Shown here: in pieces, positions 19,285-29,800 of the stretch
How positions within the stretch are numbered: position 1 is the stretch's first letter
Layout of the letters: every line of letters begins with the position of its first letter
NCBI GenBank assembly: GCA_965248435.1
Contig: OZ252100.1
Span: 3,232,001 to 3,296,000, forward strand
Reading direction: 5' to 3'
From: Candidatus Latescibacterota bacterium
GTDB lineage: Bacteria > Latescibacterota > UBA2968 > GCA-2709665
Length of the DNA: 64,000 bases
Notes under the pieces: generated by a model
The model's input: the letters and a program-made list of their open reading frames with translations, nothing else
Told to the model about the DNA's origin: nothing
Database searches by the model: none
Translations under genes and position numbers: made by a program

Positions 19285-22200
19285 TTGATGGGAGCTGCCG
19301 AATGAGGAACCGTGTCCAGCGATTTCTCCGGAACGGTCGCGTCGATTGGGGAGGGATCCATTCCGAGGTCTCTCCAAAATCGTGAAGGAACGAGGTCTCG
19401 ATTCGCGCGACGCCGGACCCGAGTAAGCGTAAGCCTGTCCTTCGCCCGCGTCATGCCGACATAAAGCAGACGGCGCTGTTCCTCCATCTCGCCGGGATCA
19501 CCGCTTCTGATTGCCCGGTCGTTGGGCAGCATGCCGTCCTCCAGCCCGCAGATGTAGACCTCCCTGAACTCGAGGCCCTTTGCCGCGTGGAGCGTCAGGA
19601 GGCTGACCGCTTCACGCTCCTGGGCCTCATCTTCGGAACGATACAGATCGGCGAAGTCCAGGAATCTTTCGATCTTCTCACGAAGGGTGCGACGAGCAGA
19701 ACTGAACTCCTGGGCAATATCCCGAAAGCGCTGAACCTGCTCGGGCGCCCGGGTCGCGATGAGTTCGGGGCTGGGTTCTTCCCCGAGCCTCGTGTGGACC
19801 TGGTCGGTGAGGCGGTGGAGGTCGAGGCGCGGAAACTGCAGGGTCAGATCCTTGAGGCAGCGGTTGCCTGGAGTGAGAAGACGCTGAGCACCCAGGTTGA
19901 AATGGAGCTCCTCTTCCTCGGCGAATCGGTCGTGCCGGCTCGAGGGCTTCTGGAAGAGCATACAAAGCGCGACCCTGTCCAGCAGCCTTTCGTGTGAGGT
20001 TCGTCTGGAGCGCGCTGCACGCTCCCGCTTGAGTCCTTTGAAGACAAGGTGGAGATAACGGGCATCCTCCAGGGCTCGGTGACGCCTTTCTGACTTCTGG
20101 ATCTCGTAACGCTCGCACAGTGCGTCGATGCCATGCGAGGCCCTCGGGAAATAGCTGCGCGCGACGGGGAGGGTATCGAGCGTCGCGTTGGGGATCCTGG
20201 GAAGGCCTTTCCGTCGCGTTTCCCTGTGGAGGACCTGAAAGTCAAACCGAAAGCCGTTGTGGGCGACCAGCAGGTCGGTACCCACGAATTCCCTGAATTT
20301 GGGGTAGACCTCCTCGAGCGGTGAAGCCTGCGCGAGCTGGGTTTCGTCCAAGCCGTGGATCGCACTGGCCGCCGGTGAGACGGGATCTACCGGACGGACG
20401 AGGGTTTGGAAGGTGTCTATCTCACGTCCACCTCGCACTCGTACTGCACCGATTTCGACAATTTCGGCCCGATCCAGGTCGAGATCCGTCGTCTCGATGT
20501 CGAACGCGACGTAGTCGGGGAGGTAAGGTAAAGTGTCGGCGCGAACGATCGCCTGGCAGAGCTTCAGGGCGACTAGGGCTGGGCCGATCTCTGCCTGCTC
20601 CACGATTCGACCGAGGTGGATGAATCTGGCCGCGGTGGGAGGCTCGAGGTCGAAAGAGAGCACTCGCGAGGTGTCGGCAAGTTCCAGCCGGCTGACCGGC
20701 GGGGGATCCAGGACCGCGAGACCGGGTCGCGCGAGTGCGAGTCGGATGATCTGAGCGAGGGTCGTGCGGAGGATCTCATCCCTGCAGGCGACGTAAAGGG
20801 TGCCTCCGTTCTTATAAAGGGGGAGAACCTCGGAGATCACCTCTTCGAAACCGGGCAGGGAAAGAGGGTCCTGGATACGATCCAGGTGGTTCTTGAGGGA
20901 CATTCCGGACGCGGTGTTCAGTTGATCCAGTACGTCATTGACCAGGTCGCTGAAGGAGGCGTCCGACCCCTTTGTCACCGCACTCGCCACAGTCCCGGCG
21001 AGTCCGAGGGCACGTTCGACTTCGCTGTTTTCCTCAGCCGACTCCTTTAGATACAGGAATGCCGCCTGTTTGAAGCTTTTGATGGCGTGCTTTTCCTGGA
21101 GCGAGCGGATCGCAGGATAGAGCGTGGGGTCAACAACGTCCAGCTCCTTTCTGAGGAAGAGTTCCAGACTGGCTTCATTTCCTCGATTCAGGGCGTAGCG
21201 CAGGATGGAGAGAACGCGCCGAAGGTCAGGCTGATCGAAGAGACCACGTTTTCGAGACATGTGACAGGGGATGCCTGCCGCCATGAATGTGCGCTCGAGC
21301 TGCTTGCCAACGGCGTGCTGAGGGTAGAGCACGGCGATGTCCCGACAGGAGAGGTCGGGGCACTGTGTGAGGCGGTTTCGGATATCTTCAGCAAGGTACG
21401 AACCCTCTTCTTCTGAGGTTTCGAACGCAAGGCCCGAGACGCCCGCACCTCGTCTCCGGGGGTTCAACTCGCGTTCGTAGCTCGCAGCGCTCTCTGGCAA
21501 CACCTGTCTGGCGAGTTGGAGTATTTCGCCGGTCGTGCGGTAGTTCTGGTCGAGTAGAATCGGTGGTTCCCCCTGGAGAAAGTCTTCCTCGAACCGGTGC
21601 AAGTTCTCCGGATCCGCATTTCTCCAGGCGTAGATGCACTGTTCGTCATCGGCAACCACGAAGAGGCTCCGATGAGAAAGCGCCAGCTGGCGGATGAGTT
21701 CGTACTGGACCTGGTCGGTGTCCTGAAATTCGTCGACAAGGATGTGCAGGAATCGGTCGCGAAGCGACTCGAGGAGGTGCGGAAAGTTTTCCAGGAGGTC
21801 GTGCGTAAGGAAGATGAGGTCGTCGAAGTCGACGAGGTGATTGGCCCGAAGTTCGGCCCTGTATGATCGAAGGAGCTTTGCGTCTCCAGGGGAAGTTTGG
21901 GCTTCTTGACTTCGCCACATCGTACGCCGGACCTTTTGGACGTGGCGGAGCGCGTTGGTTATACTGCCCGCTTCGGCGCTCATTTTCGGAAGCGCTCTGT
22001 GGAGGACGACGCGCTGGAGGTCTTCGTCCGCGACGGTGAAGTGTGGCGAGAGGCCGGCCGCGCTATGGTGTTCCCTCAGGACGCCGATGCAGAACCGGTG
22101 AAAGGTCCCCACGGTGGGCATGGTCGGGCCGCGATGGGAGGCTTCGAGCCGACTCGCCATTTCCCGGGCCGCCTTGTTCGTGAACGTGAGGGCCAGAATC

Positions 22201-22376
22201 TTGTCCGGGGGGATGCCGTATGCGGTGACCAGATAACGGATTCGCTCCGTCAGAACGAGGGTCTTCCCAGCCCCGGGTCCAGCCAGGACGAGGTGCGGTC
22301 CAACCGGCGCGGTCACGGCAGCCAGCTGTCGAGGGTCCAATGTCAGGTTGTATGCATTCGCGTATTGGAGATTCAT
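19281..22376 (-). CDS. UvrD/PcrA-type SF1 helicase with an inserted DnaQ-like DEDDh 3'-5' exonuclease domain
   Basis: Helicase motifs GPGAGKT, TFTNKAA, VDEFQD, QCIYAWR, NYRT, then exonuclease FDIET/AHNG.RFD/HRALED, then HAAKGLEF and RRLLYVGMTRA. Confidence 0.92.
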   Translation of the reverse strand: MNLQYANAYNLTLDPRQLAAVTAPVGPHLVLAGPGAGKTLVLTERIRYLVTAYGIPPDKILALTFTNKAAREMASRLEASHRGPTMPTVGTFHRFCIGVLREHHSAAGLSPHFTVADEDLQRVVLHRALPKMSAEAGSITNALRHVQKVRRTMWRSQEAQTSPGDAKLLRSYRAELRANHLVDFDDLIFLTHDLLENFPHLLESLRDRFLHILVDEFQDTDQVQYELIRQLALSHRSLFVVADDEQCIYAWRNADPENLHRFEEDFLQGEPPILLDQNYRTTGEILQLARQVLPESAASYERELNPRRRGAGVSGLAFETSEEEGSYLAEDIRNRLTQCPDLSCRDIAVLYPQHAVGKQLERTFMAAGIPCHMSRKRGLFDQPDLRRVLSILRYALNRGNEASLELFLRKELDVVDPTLYPAIRSLQEKHAIKSFKQAAFLYLKESAEENSEVERALGLAGTVASAVTKGSDASFSDLVNDVLDQLNTASGMSLKNHLDRIQDPLSLPGFEEVISEVLPLYKNGGTLYVACRDEILRTTLAQIIRLALARPGLAVLDPPPVSRLELADTSRVLSFDLEPPTAARFIHLGRIVEQAEIGPALVALKLCQAIVRADTLPYLPDYVAFDIETTDLDLDRAEIVEIGAVRVRGGREIDTFQTLVRPVDPVSPAASAIHGLDETQLAQASPLEEVYPKFREFVGTDLLVAHNGFRFDFQVLHRETRRKGLPRIPNATLDTLPVARSYFPRASHGIDALCERYEIQKSERRHRALEDARYLHLVFKGLKRERAARSRRTSHERLLDRVALCMLFQKPSSRHDRFAEEEELHFNLGAQRLLTPGNRCLKDLTLQFPRLDLHRLTDQVHTRLGEEPSPELIATRAPEQVQRFRDIAQEFSSARRTLREKIERFLDFADLYRSEDEAQEREAVSLLTLHAAKGLEFREVYICGLEDGMLPNDRAIRSGDPGEMEEQRRLLYVGMTRAKDRLTLTRVRRRANRDLVPSRFWRDLGMDPSPIDATVPEKSLDTVPHSAAPIK

Positions 22377-22451
22377 AGAACTATGCTTAACCTAGGAATA
22401 TGGCCGGTTTTCGACCCAGATTGAATCTCGAGACCCACACAGGAGACATCG

Positions 22452-23231
22452 ATGCCAGACCTGAATGCAATGGACCTCTTTCGACTGGATGATCGTGTTG
22501 CGATCGTGACGGGCGGATCCAAGGGGCTGGGATTCAACATTGCCCTGGGTTTGGCACAGGCGGGAGCAATCACCGTTGTTTGTTCCAGACACGCGGATGA
22601 GAGTGAAGTAGCCTCCAGCAGGATCGCTACGGATACCGGTCGTGACAGCCTTGGACTCGACACGGATGTGAGTGTGGAAGTCGAGGTGGATGGGCTTGTC
22701 GACCGGGTCATGGAGGAGTTTGGACGCATAGACGTCCTGGTCAACAATGCAGGAATCAATTCCAGGCACCCCATCGAATCGTTTCCGATCGACGAATACA
22801 GGCAGATGATCGATGTCAACCTCACCGGCACGTGGTTGTGCTGCAGGGCCGTGGCTCCGGTTATGAAGCAGCGGGGGCGTGGAACGGTGATCAACGTGGC
22901 GTCCACACTGAGCGCCGTCGGGATCGCCGAGATGAGCGCCTACGCCGCGTCAAAGGCGGGCGTGGTCGGATTGACAAGATCTCTGGCGCTGGAGTGGGCG
23001 CCATCCGGCGTGAGGTGCAACGCGCTCTGCCCCGGTCCGTTCGCGACCGAGATGACGGAGCAGTCTCGGCAGGACCGGGAAAGGTCCGCGTGGGTCGCCC
23101 GAATGACAGCGCTCGGTCGGTGGGGAGAGGCACACGAGATCCGTGGAGCAGCGCTTTTCCTGGCGGGGGATGCATCCACATATGTCACGGGCTCCACTCT
23201 GTTTGTGGACGGGGGATGGACGGCTGCGTGA
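22452..23231 (+). CDS. SDR family oxidoreductase (gluconate 5-dehydrogenase/KduD-like)
   Basis: Motifs TGGSKGLG, NNAG, YAASK, VDGGW. Confidence 0.92.
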   Translation: MPDLNAMDLFRLDDRVAIVTGGSKGLGFNIALGLAQAGAITVVCSRHADESEVASSRIATDTGRDSLGLDTDVSVEVEVDGLVDRVMEEFGRIDVLVNNAGINSRHPIESFPIDEYRQMIDVNLTGTWLCCRAVAPVMKQRGRGTVINVASTLSAVGIAEMSAYAASKAGVVGLTRSLALEWAPSGVRCNALCPGPFATEMTEQSRQDRERSAWVARMTALGRWGEAHEIRGAALFLAGDASTYVTGSTLFVDGGWTAA

Positions 23232-23234
23232 CCC

Positions 23235-23600
23235 TCACGGTTTGCCCGTTCTGGCGTTGTATACCCGAAGGCGTTCCTCCGCCGGGAGCTTCATCAAGCG
23301 CTGGTGCTCTTTGAGGGAGAAGGACGGTTTCCGTCCGGCGTCTGGTTGTGACGCCTCGGACATCAGGACTTTGAGTCGGCAGTTCAGGGCCCTCGCGATG
23401 CGGAGGAGCATCGAGAGGGAATGCCCGCTATAGCTCGGGTCCTCCAGGCGGCTGATGACCGACTGGGTCGTTCCGATCTCTCGGGCAAGATTCTGTTGCG
23501 TCAGGCCAGATTCTTTTCTCAGCCTCTTGACGAGCTGCGCGACCTCCGCATTGACGGTTTCTGCGGCCGAGGCCCCTTGTGTCCGTTCTTCTTGCATCAT
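23235..23600 (-). CDS. XRE-family helix-turn-helix protein (HigA-like)
   Basis: LRKESGLTQQNLAREIGTTQSVISRLEDPSYSGHSLSMLLRIARAL. Confidence 0.8.
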   Translation of the reverse strand: MMQEERTQGASAAETVNAEVAQLVKRLRKESGLTQQNLAREIGTTQSVISRLEDPSYSGHSLSMLLRIARALNCRLKVLMSEASQPDAGRKPSFSLKEHQRLMKLPAEERLRVYNARTGKP

Positions 23601-23644
23601 CTTACCCTTTCACCACAACCACGAAGATAGAGATTATCGTAATA

Positions 23645-26600
23645 TTATGATATTTCTTGAAAAGCACCGATTTCTGTCATCCAGAATCCTCGCACCGCAA
23701 CCCTCTCGTCGGTAATCGATCCCCAATGTCGGGCATAGGCGTTCAGCTGGTCGGTATACCGAAGCGGGATACTCGCTACGTCTGCGTCCGTCTTGTAGTC
23801 GATCATCTTCCAACCCACGGGCGTGCGGTAGATCAGGTCGATTCTCCCCCGTTCCACGTTTACCCCGCTGTTTCGGGAGTCGCCCACTGCCAGCGGCACT
23901 TCGGTATAGACCGCGCTGGAGGCCTGGATCTCGCCCCATTCGGCTGAGTTACAAAAGGTCGCCAGCACGGCTCCGACCTCCTCTTCCAGCGCACGGTCCA
24001 GGCCGGATGCGTCCAGCAGATGGTGGATGTAGACGTTCCCGTTTTTGGGTAATCTGTGCTTTACCGCCATCTCGAACAGCCGGTGGATGACCCTTCCATA
24101 CTCCATTCCTTTTCCCTCGAACGCTCTGTAGAGGTCCCCCTCCGGTTCGTCTTCCGTTGAGACGGTAGCAAGGGAAAAGGACGGCTGTCGGACCGCTTCC
24201 CAACGTTCTGCCCTATCCTCACTACACGCATCCCATTCGCTATCATCGACAGAAGGATCGATCCGGGCCTGCACGGCGGCTTGGACAGCGGGGAGCTCAG
24301 GCACCTCCTGCAGGAAGGGGTAGAGCGGTGCCCACGGGCCTTTGTCGGTTTTGCCGTTATAGCGGGAGACGACCAGGAGATTGCGAGCGCGCGTCGCGGC
24401 GACGTAAAGCAGCCGGAGTTCCTCCGCTTCGAGGAACCGACCCTCCTCCGCCTCGTCGTCTTCCCAACCCTCAGGTTCAGCGATGACCTCCTCACGAAAC
24501 TGTCCCACCCGTTTCTTGGCGGGCAGGGAAAGAAATGGGGTCGAGGCTGTCCTGGAGACGTGGAACTCCACGCCGTGACGCTCGGAGCTGGTGTCGCAGG
24601 GGTCGGCCAGAAATACGACATTCGCCTCCAGCCCTTTCGCCTGATGAAGGTTCATCAATCGAACGACCTCTTCCTGCCCTGTCTCCAGGGTCATTCCCTC
24701 GACTTCGTAGCCTGGTTCCTCGAGCAGGGCGCGCAGCTCGGTCATGACCTGTCCCCAATGCATCCCCTCATCCTCCCAATGCTTCACGAGTTCAAAGACT
24801 CGAAGCAGGCAGCCTGCGCGCGAAGAGCCTTCCTCTGATGCGGCCGAAAAGGGGACGATACCCAGGTCTTCAGCTACCTTTTCCAGGGCCGCTGCAGCTG
24901 TTTTCCCCTTCAACCAACCCTCGGCACGGTTGAGGTGGTCGAAGGCGCCCGTGATCTGTCCGACGAGCTCCTTGGGCAGGCCCTTCGGCAGGGGAATTCT
25001 GTAGTTGAAGGTCCCCCCAGAACGAGAAAATTCATACAACTCGTCGTCCCCCAGCCCGACGAGCGGGCCTCTCAGGTAGGCGACAAGGGGTACGGGATTC
25101 TCCGGCGCGTGGATCGATTCGAGCATTTCGACCAAGGCCCGAAGCTCTAAGGAATCTCCCAGCCTTCGGCCAACGACGTCGTAAGGGATGCGGTTCCCCT
25201 CGAGCGCTCTGGCGTAAACCCCGAGGAGGGACCGCGTGGGTGTGATGATCATGAAGTCGCTCGCACTGGCGCGAGCGGCCAGAATTCCCCCTTCTCCTGA
25301 TCTATTAAATTCTGTCTCTCCCTGGATGGCGGCAGCGATGAAGTCCGCGATGCGAGCTGCGTCGCGGGCAGCGACTTCGGGGCGTGCGTGTCGAGGGACC
25401 TTGTCCAGGGAGATACTGCGCACGCCGACGGGATCGTCCCCATCGGGTCGGATCTTGGATAGCGGGGCGAAATCGGCCTGATAGTTCGGATCGCCATCTG
25501 CGAAGAGGGAAGAGAAGGTGTGGTTTATCCAGTCACAGAGTCGACCCTGGGAACGGAAACTGGTGTCGAGCTGCAAGACCTGGCCCCCGGCCTCCACAAC
25601 GCGATCCTTCACCAGGCGGAACGTCTCCACATCGGCCCGGCGGAATCGGTAAATGGACTGCATCTCGTCGCCCACGATGAATAGGCTGCCTGGGCGCGGT
25701 TTGAGCCGGCGCCAGTCCCTCTGGGCGAGGTCCTCCCCGGTGAGATAGAGGAGCAGCTCCGCCTGAATGGGATCGGTGTCCTGAAATTCGTCAACGAAGA
25801 TACGATGATAGCAATTTTGCAATGTTTTACGAACGATCGAATCTTCTTTCACGAGGGCAGCCGCCCTTGTCAGGAGGTCTTGAAAGGTCAGCTTTCCGGC
25901 CAAACGTCGCTGGTTTTCATAATAGGCCATCGCGTCGTCGATGAATTCTGCGACCAGAGGGTACAGGTAGCGCCGCCATCTGGAGAGGGCAGGCTTCAGG
26001 ACGTCATCTTGAAGCCGGGGGAGGAGGACGTCACGCACCGTTCGCGCGAAGGTCTCATTCGGGCGCCAGCTCCTCAGGGTCACGGCAGAGTTCGCCGATT
26101 TTGCGCATAGGAGAGCAAGGAGCTGACTGCGGTCACCGTGGGTCGTCAGCCCCCGGTTCATCAGCAGGGTGCGGGCCTTCATAAGTCCATCGATGAGTGG
26201 GTCTGCGCGGCTTTCGAGAGGACTGGGGATCTGTGCAGACACCACTTCTACGAATTCGGCCGCTGCTTCGGCTGCAGCCTTCAGATCGGGGCGATCAACC
26301 GGGCTCGTTTTGAGGGAAAGATCATCAAAAATGATCCTTGCCTCGAAGCATTGCAGGAGGTCCTGAGTTCGAAGTCCCAGCGTTTCGAATCTCTCCAGGC
26401 GCGCGTCCTGCTGGTCCTGGCAATGCTCGAGGAAGCGGTGCCAGGCCTCCCTGCGTAGGGTCCGTTCCTCACGTTCATCGACTTCTGTGAAGTCGGGAGG
26501 AAGCCCGGCCTCCAGGGGCCGCTTTCTGAGGAGCTGGGCGCAAAAGGCGTGAATCGTTCCGACAAAGCAGCGGTCGATCCGTTCCAGGGCCCGGGCAAGC

Positions 26601-26869
26601 CGACGGGCTTCCGGTCCCGAGGCGCCCTCGGCCTCCTCCCTGAGGCTCTGTTGGAATCTGCCGTGCATCTCCGCTGCGGCCTTGTTCGTGAATGTGATGC
26701 CCACCATCCGGTCCACCTCCACGGACCCGGAGGCGATGCTTTGCACCATCCGCTGGGTGAGGGCGGTGGTCTTTCCAGACCCTGCCCCGGCGATTACGAT
26801 CGCATTGAGAGACAGATCCGATAGGATCCGGTCGCGTGCCGGTTGATCTGTCGGCGTCGGGTCAACCAT
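23645..26869 (-). CDS. addA: AddA-like ATP-dependent helicase/nuclease subunit
   Basis: Motifs AGAGSGKT, TFTNKAA, DEFQD, QSIYRFR, HQAKGLE, YVAATRA, and a C-terminal RecB-type GRIDL...IDYKT nuclease. Confidence 0.88.
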   Translation of the reverse strand: MVDPTPTDQPARDRILSDLSLNAIVIAGAGSGKTTALTQRMVQSIASGSVEVDRMVGITFTNKAAAEMHGRFQQSLREEAEGASGPEARRLARALERIDRCFVGTIHAFCAQLLRKRPLEAGLPPDFTEVDEREERTLRREAWHRFLEHCQDQQDARLERFETLGLRTQDLLQCFEARIIFDDLSLKTSPVDRPDLKAAAEAAAEFVEVVSAQIPSPLESRADPLIDGLMKARTLLMNRGLTTHGDRSQLLALLCAKSANSAVTLRSWRPNETFARTVRDVLLPRLQDDVLKPALSRWRRYLYPLVAEFIDDAMAYYENQRRLAGKLTFQDLLTRAAALVKEDSIVRKTLQNCYHRIFVDEFQDTDPIQAELLLYLTGEDLAQRDWRRLKPRPGSLFIVGDEMQSIYRFRRADVETFRLVKDRVVEAGGQVLQLDTSFRSQGRLCDWINHTFSSLFADGDPNYQADFAPLSKIRPDGDDPVGVRSISLDKVPRHARPEVAARDAARIADFIAAAIQGETEFNRSGEGGILAARASASDFMIITPTRSLLGVYARALEGNRIPYDVVGRRLGDSLELRALVEMLESIHAPENPVPLVAYLRGPLVGLGDDELYEFSRSGGTFNYRIPLPKGLPKELVGQITGAFDHLNRAEGWLKGKTAAAALEKVAEDLGIVPFSAASEEGSSRAGCLLRVFELVKHWEDEGMHWGQVMTELRALLEEPGYEVEGMTLETGQEEVVRLMNLHQAKGLEANVVFLADPCDTSSERHGVEFHVSRTASTPFLSLPAKKRVGQFREEVIAEPEGWEDDEAEEGRFLEAEELRLLYVAATRARNLLVVSRYNGKTDKGPWAPLYPFLQEVPELPAVQAAVQARIDPSVDDSEWDACSEDRAERWEAVRQPSFSLATVSTEDEPEGDLYRAFEGKGMEYGRVIHRLFEMAVKHRLPKNGNVYIHHLLDASGLDRALEEEVGAVLATFCNSAEWGEIQASSAVYTEVPLAVGDSRNSGVNVERGRIDLIYRTPVGWKMIDYKTDADVASIPLRYTDQLNAYARHWGSITDERVAVRGFWMTEIGAFQEIS

Positions 26870-29800
26870 CGATCCATCTCCTGAGGCTTGACATCAGGTC
26901 GGGGAGCCGGGAGGTGGCAGAGCAGGTCTCATCGAGATGTTTACGTGCGCGATGCTCCGGAGCACAGATCGGCCCATATTCACAAAATTTACACTGTCTC
27001 TCTTTCTGAAAGTGGAAAAATCCGCCTTGAGACACCATCTCAAACATCGGTTCGAGCAGCTGAGCCAGTGCGGACTTATCGGGGAGCATAGCAGAGGTGC
27101 GACGCCCATGCTCCCGATCGCTAATAAACAAGTATCCTGATGTTTCAACCTCTTTCTCGTGCTCCCGAACCCCCAGGATCTGATTCATGGCGTAGGCGTA
27201 GAGGGCCCACTGGAGGTTCAGGCCACCTCTCATCAGGTCGCCCTCCGGATACGGAAGGGAGGATCCAGTTTTGTAATCCCAGATCTGGATCCCCTGCTCC
27301 ACCTGATCGATCCGGTCTATTCGGCCCCTTAGGAGCAGGCTTATGGACTCCGAGAATTGGAGCAGGACGGGGTCAGGTTGATTCAGCCCAGCCTTTTCCT
27401 GAAACCCGAAACCGACCTCGAAGTCCAGGGGTTCGACCCCGCTCCGACCGGATTCTGTTCGAAGGAAGACCTGGCAGACGCGTTCCAGTCTCCTCAAGTC
27501 GGTCTGATAGGTCACCTCACTCGGCGGGGGTACGTGCTCCGCGCATTTGGATACATGCTCCCGAAGCATGGAAAGGAGCAGATCGATGTGTTTGTCCACA
27601 TCCGGCCTCTCATTCTTCGCCTTCAGTGCGAGCATAAAGTCGCGAAACAGGTCGTGGATGAGGCGGCCGAATTCCAGCGGGGAAAGCCAGCGGCTGGGAT
27701 CTTCGTCCGGTTCGTCGGGCGGGGCGACACGGAGGACATATTTGAGGAAGTAACGGTAGGGACACCTCGTCAGGGTCTCCAGCCGGGAGGCCGAGAGCAG
27801 GGCCCGTCCGTCTGAGATGTTAAGCTCGGGCGTAGACCGCCCCAGCCAGCCGTCGAAGCGGGTCAGTTCGGGCCGGTCGCGAGACTGGACGGCTTCCCGT
27901 CCGCGGACGAGCCAGGGGTAGGAGAGGCGAAGTCTCTCCTGGATCAGGGGCGAATCGCGGGTGGCGAGCAGGGCTTCGACTTCATCCAGGGACGCATCGA
28001 GCCGGGGCGTGATCCCCTGGATCTTGGTGCCTGCAAGGGCGCCGGGTCGGGCGGCTGCCTGACCGAGCATTGCACAAGGATAGCTTTCGCCGCCCTCTGC
28101 CGGACCCCCGGAACCGGTAAGAAAGGTTATGCTGCGGAAGTTCAGACCCAGTAGTCGCTCGAGCTGCCAGACTTTGCGGTCGGGCGCGATCGATTCGAGG
28201 GGCAACTCTCCCGGCAGCTGGGCGCGCTCATCGTCGCGGAGGATCGGATCTTCGAGCGCCCTACCCGGGAATGAGGCTGCATCCATTCCGAGGACAAACA
28301 GGTGGTCGCGGGCGGTGTATCCGGCCCGGTCCAGCGGGACTACGTTGAGGTGTCCCGGCCTTGCCACGGAGGCCCCAGCCTTGTGCAGCCCGAACAGCCC
28401 ATTCAGGTGGCCCACGACCGATTCAAGCGCAGCTCCCATTTTGACGGTCCGGACGATTTCCCCTAAACGGTCCTTCAGGGACTCGAGAGCCCTGGCGTCC
28501 AAATCGCTTCTAAGGGGGGCGAACTCGCCCAGGAATGCCACGGATGCCCGGCAGACGGCCTTCAGGGTCGTCCGACTCGGGGGAACCAGGTCGAGGAGTC
28601 CCTCGATCGATTTCAAAATTCGCTGCCTGGACGGGCAGCCCGCATCGGGGACGTCTGTCTCGAGGAGGCGATGCAGGGCTGGGAGGACCCTGTCCCTGCC
28701 TCGTCGGACCCGGGCGCGCTGCAAGAGGGCGGATAGGTCGTGGGGCTGGACCACCTCTCCGAAGTCGAGCCCTCTCGCCCGACAGAGGCTAATCAGTTCC
28801 GCCGAGGAAAAACCGGACAAGATCCAGGAATAGAATCCCACGAGGGCTTGACCAGGTCTCGTAAACCTGACTGGGAGGCCTGAAGCAAACGTCGCGGGCA
28901 GATCGTAGCGCTCCGTCAGATTGTAGAGCCTTGCCAGGTAGGGCCTTTCCGATGTATAGGCAATCTCGACGTGGTCGAAGGGGATTCGGCCCTGGATGAC
29001 CTCCCTGAGTACGGCGTGGATCTCAGAGCGTGCTCCCAAAGGTCGGATCAGATGGAAGTCTGTCGATCGGGAGCACGATAGCTCACCAAATCGTGCTCCC
29101 GCACTCGCCCCTTCTGGTTCCAGACACGGACGATCCAAAAATTGCACGGCAGTAGCGTCTTTCGGGGGTTCGGACTGGAAACCGGCCCTGCCGATCCTGA
29201 CGATCTTGTCCCCGCAGAGGGCTTTTAAAAAGCGATATCCCAAATTTGGGAGCACGGTCTCGTCCAATGCGGCGTAGAAATGCTCCCGACCGAGACACCC
29301 ATGCTCCTGAGGCAGATTCTGGATCGCACGTTCGTAGAGATAGGCGAGATCATAGAGCCGTTCGTCCGTCAGCCTCTGGCAATATGCACCATAAAGCGAA
29401 GCCAGATGCCGTGCTCTCGAGCTTGTGGCGTTTTTCAGGACTTCTGGCAGGAGTCCTCCAAGGCGGAGGGCGTGGAAAGTCCTGATCAGGGATCGCCTGA
29501 GTCCTCGGCTGTGCGAAAGCGGAGCGAAGAACGGAACGGGATCCGAGTTGATCGCTGGAGCAAGCAGGTCATCCAGGAAGAAGAGGTCGGTATCCTGGAC
29601 CAGGGGACTCCAGCCTTCGGCCTGGAGCAAGGGCGCCGCGAGCTCCTCCGCCAGCCCAGCGGGGGTAAGCGCCCGAAGGTTGACCCAGGAAACTCCCTGC
29701 GCAGCCAGGGCGGTTGTGAGGTTGTAACCGACTTGAGGACTTGGGACGAAAAGGATCTTGGGCTCGGCAGGATGCATCCTGCAAAAGGCAGAGAGCTGGT

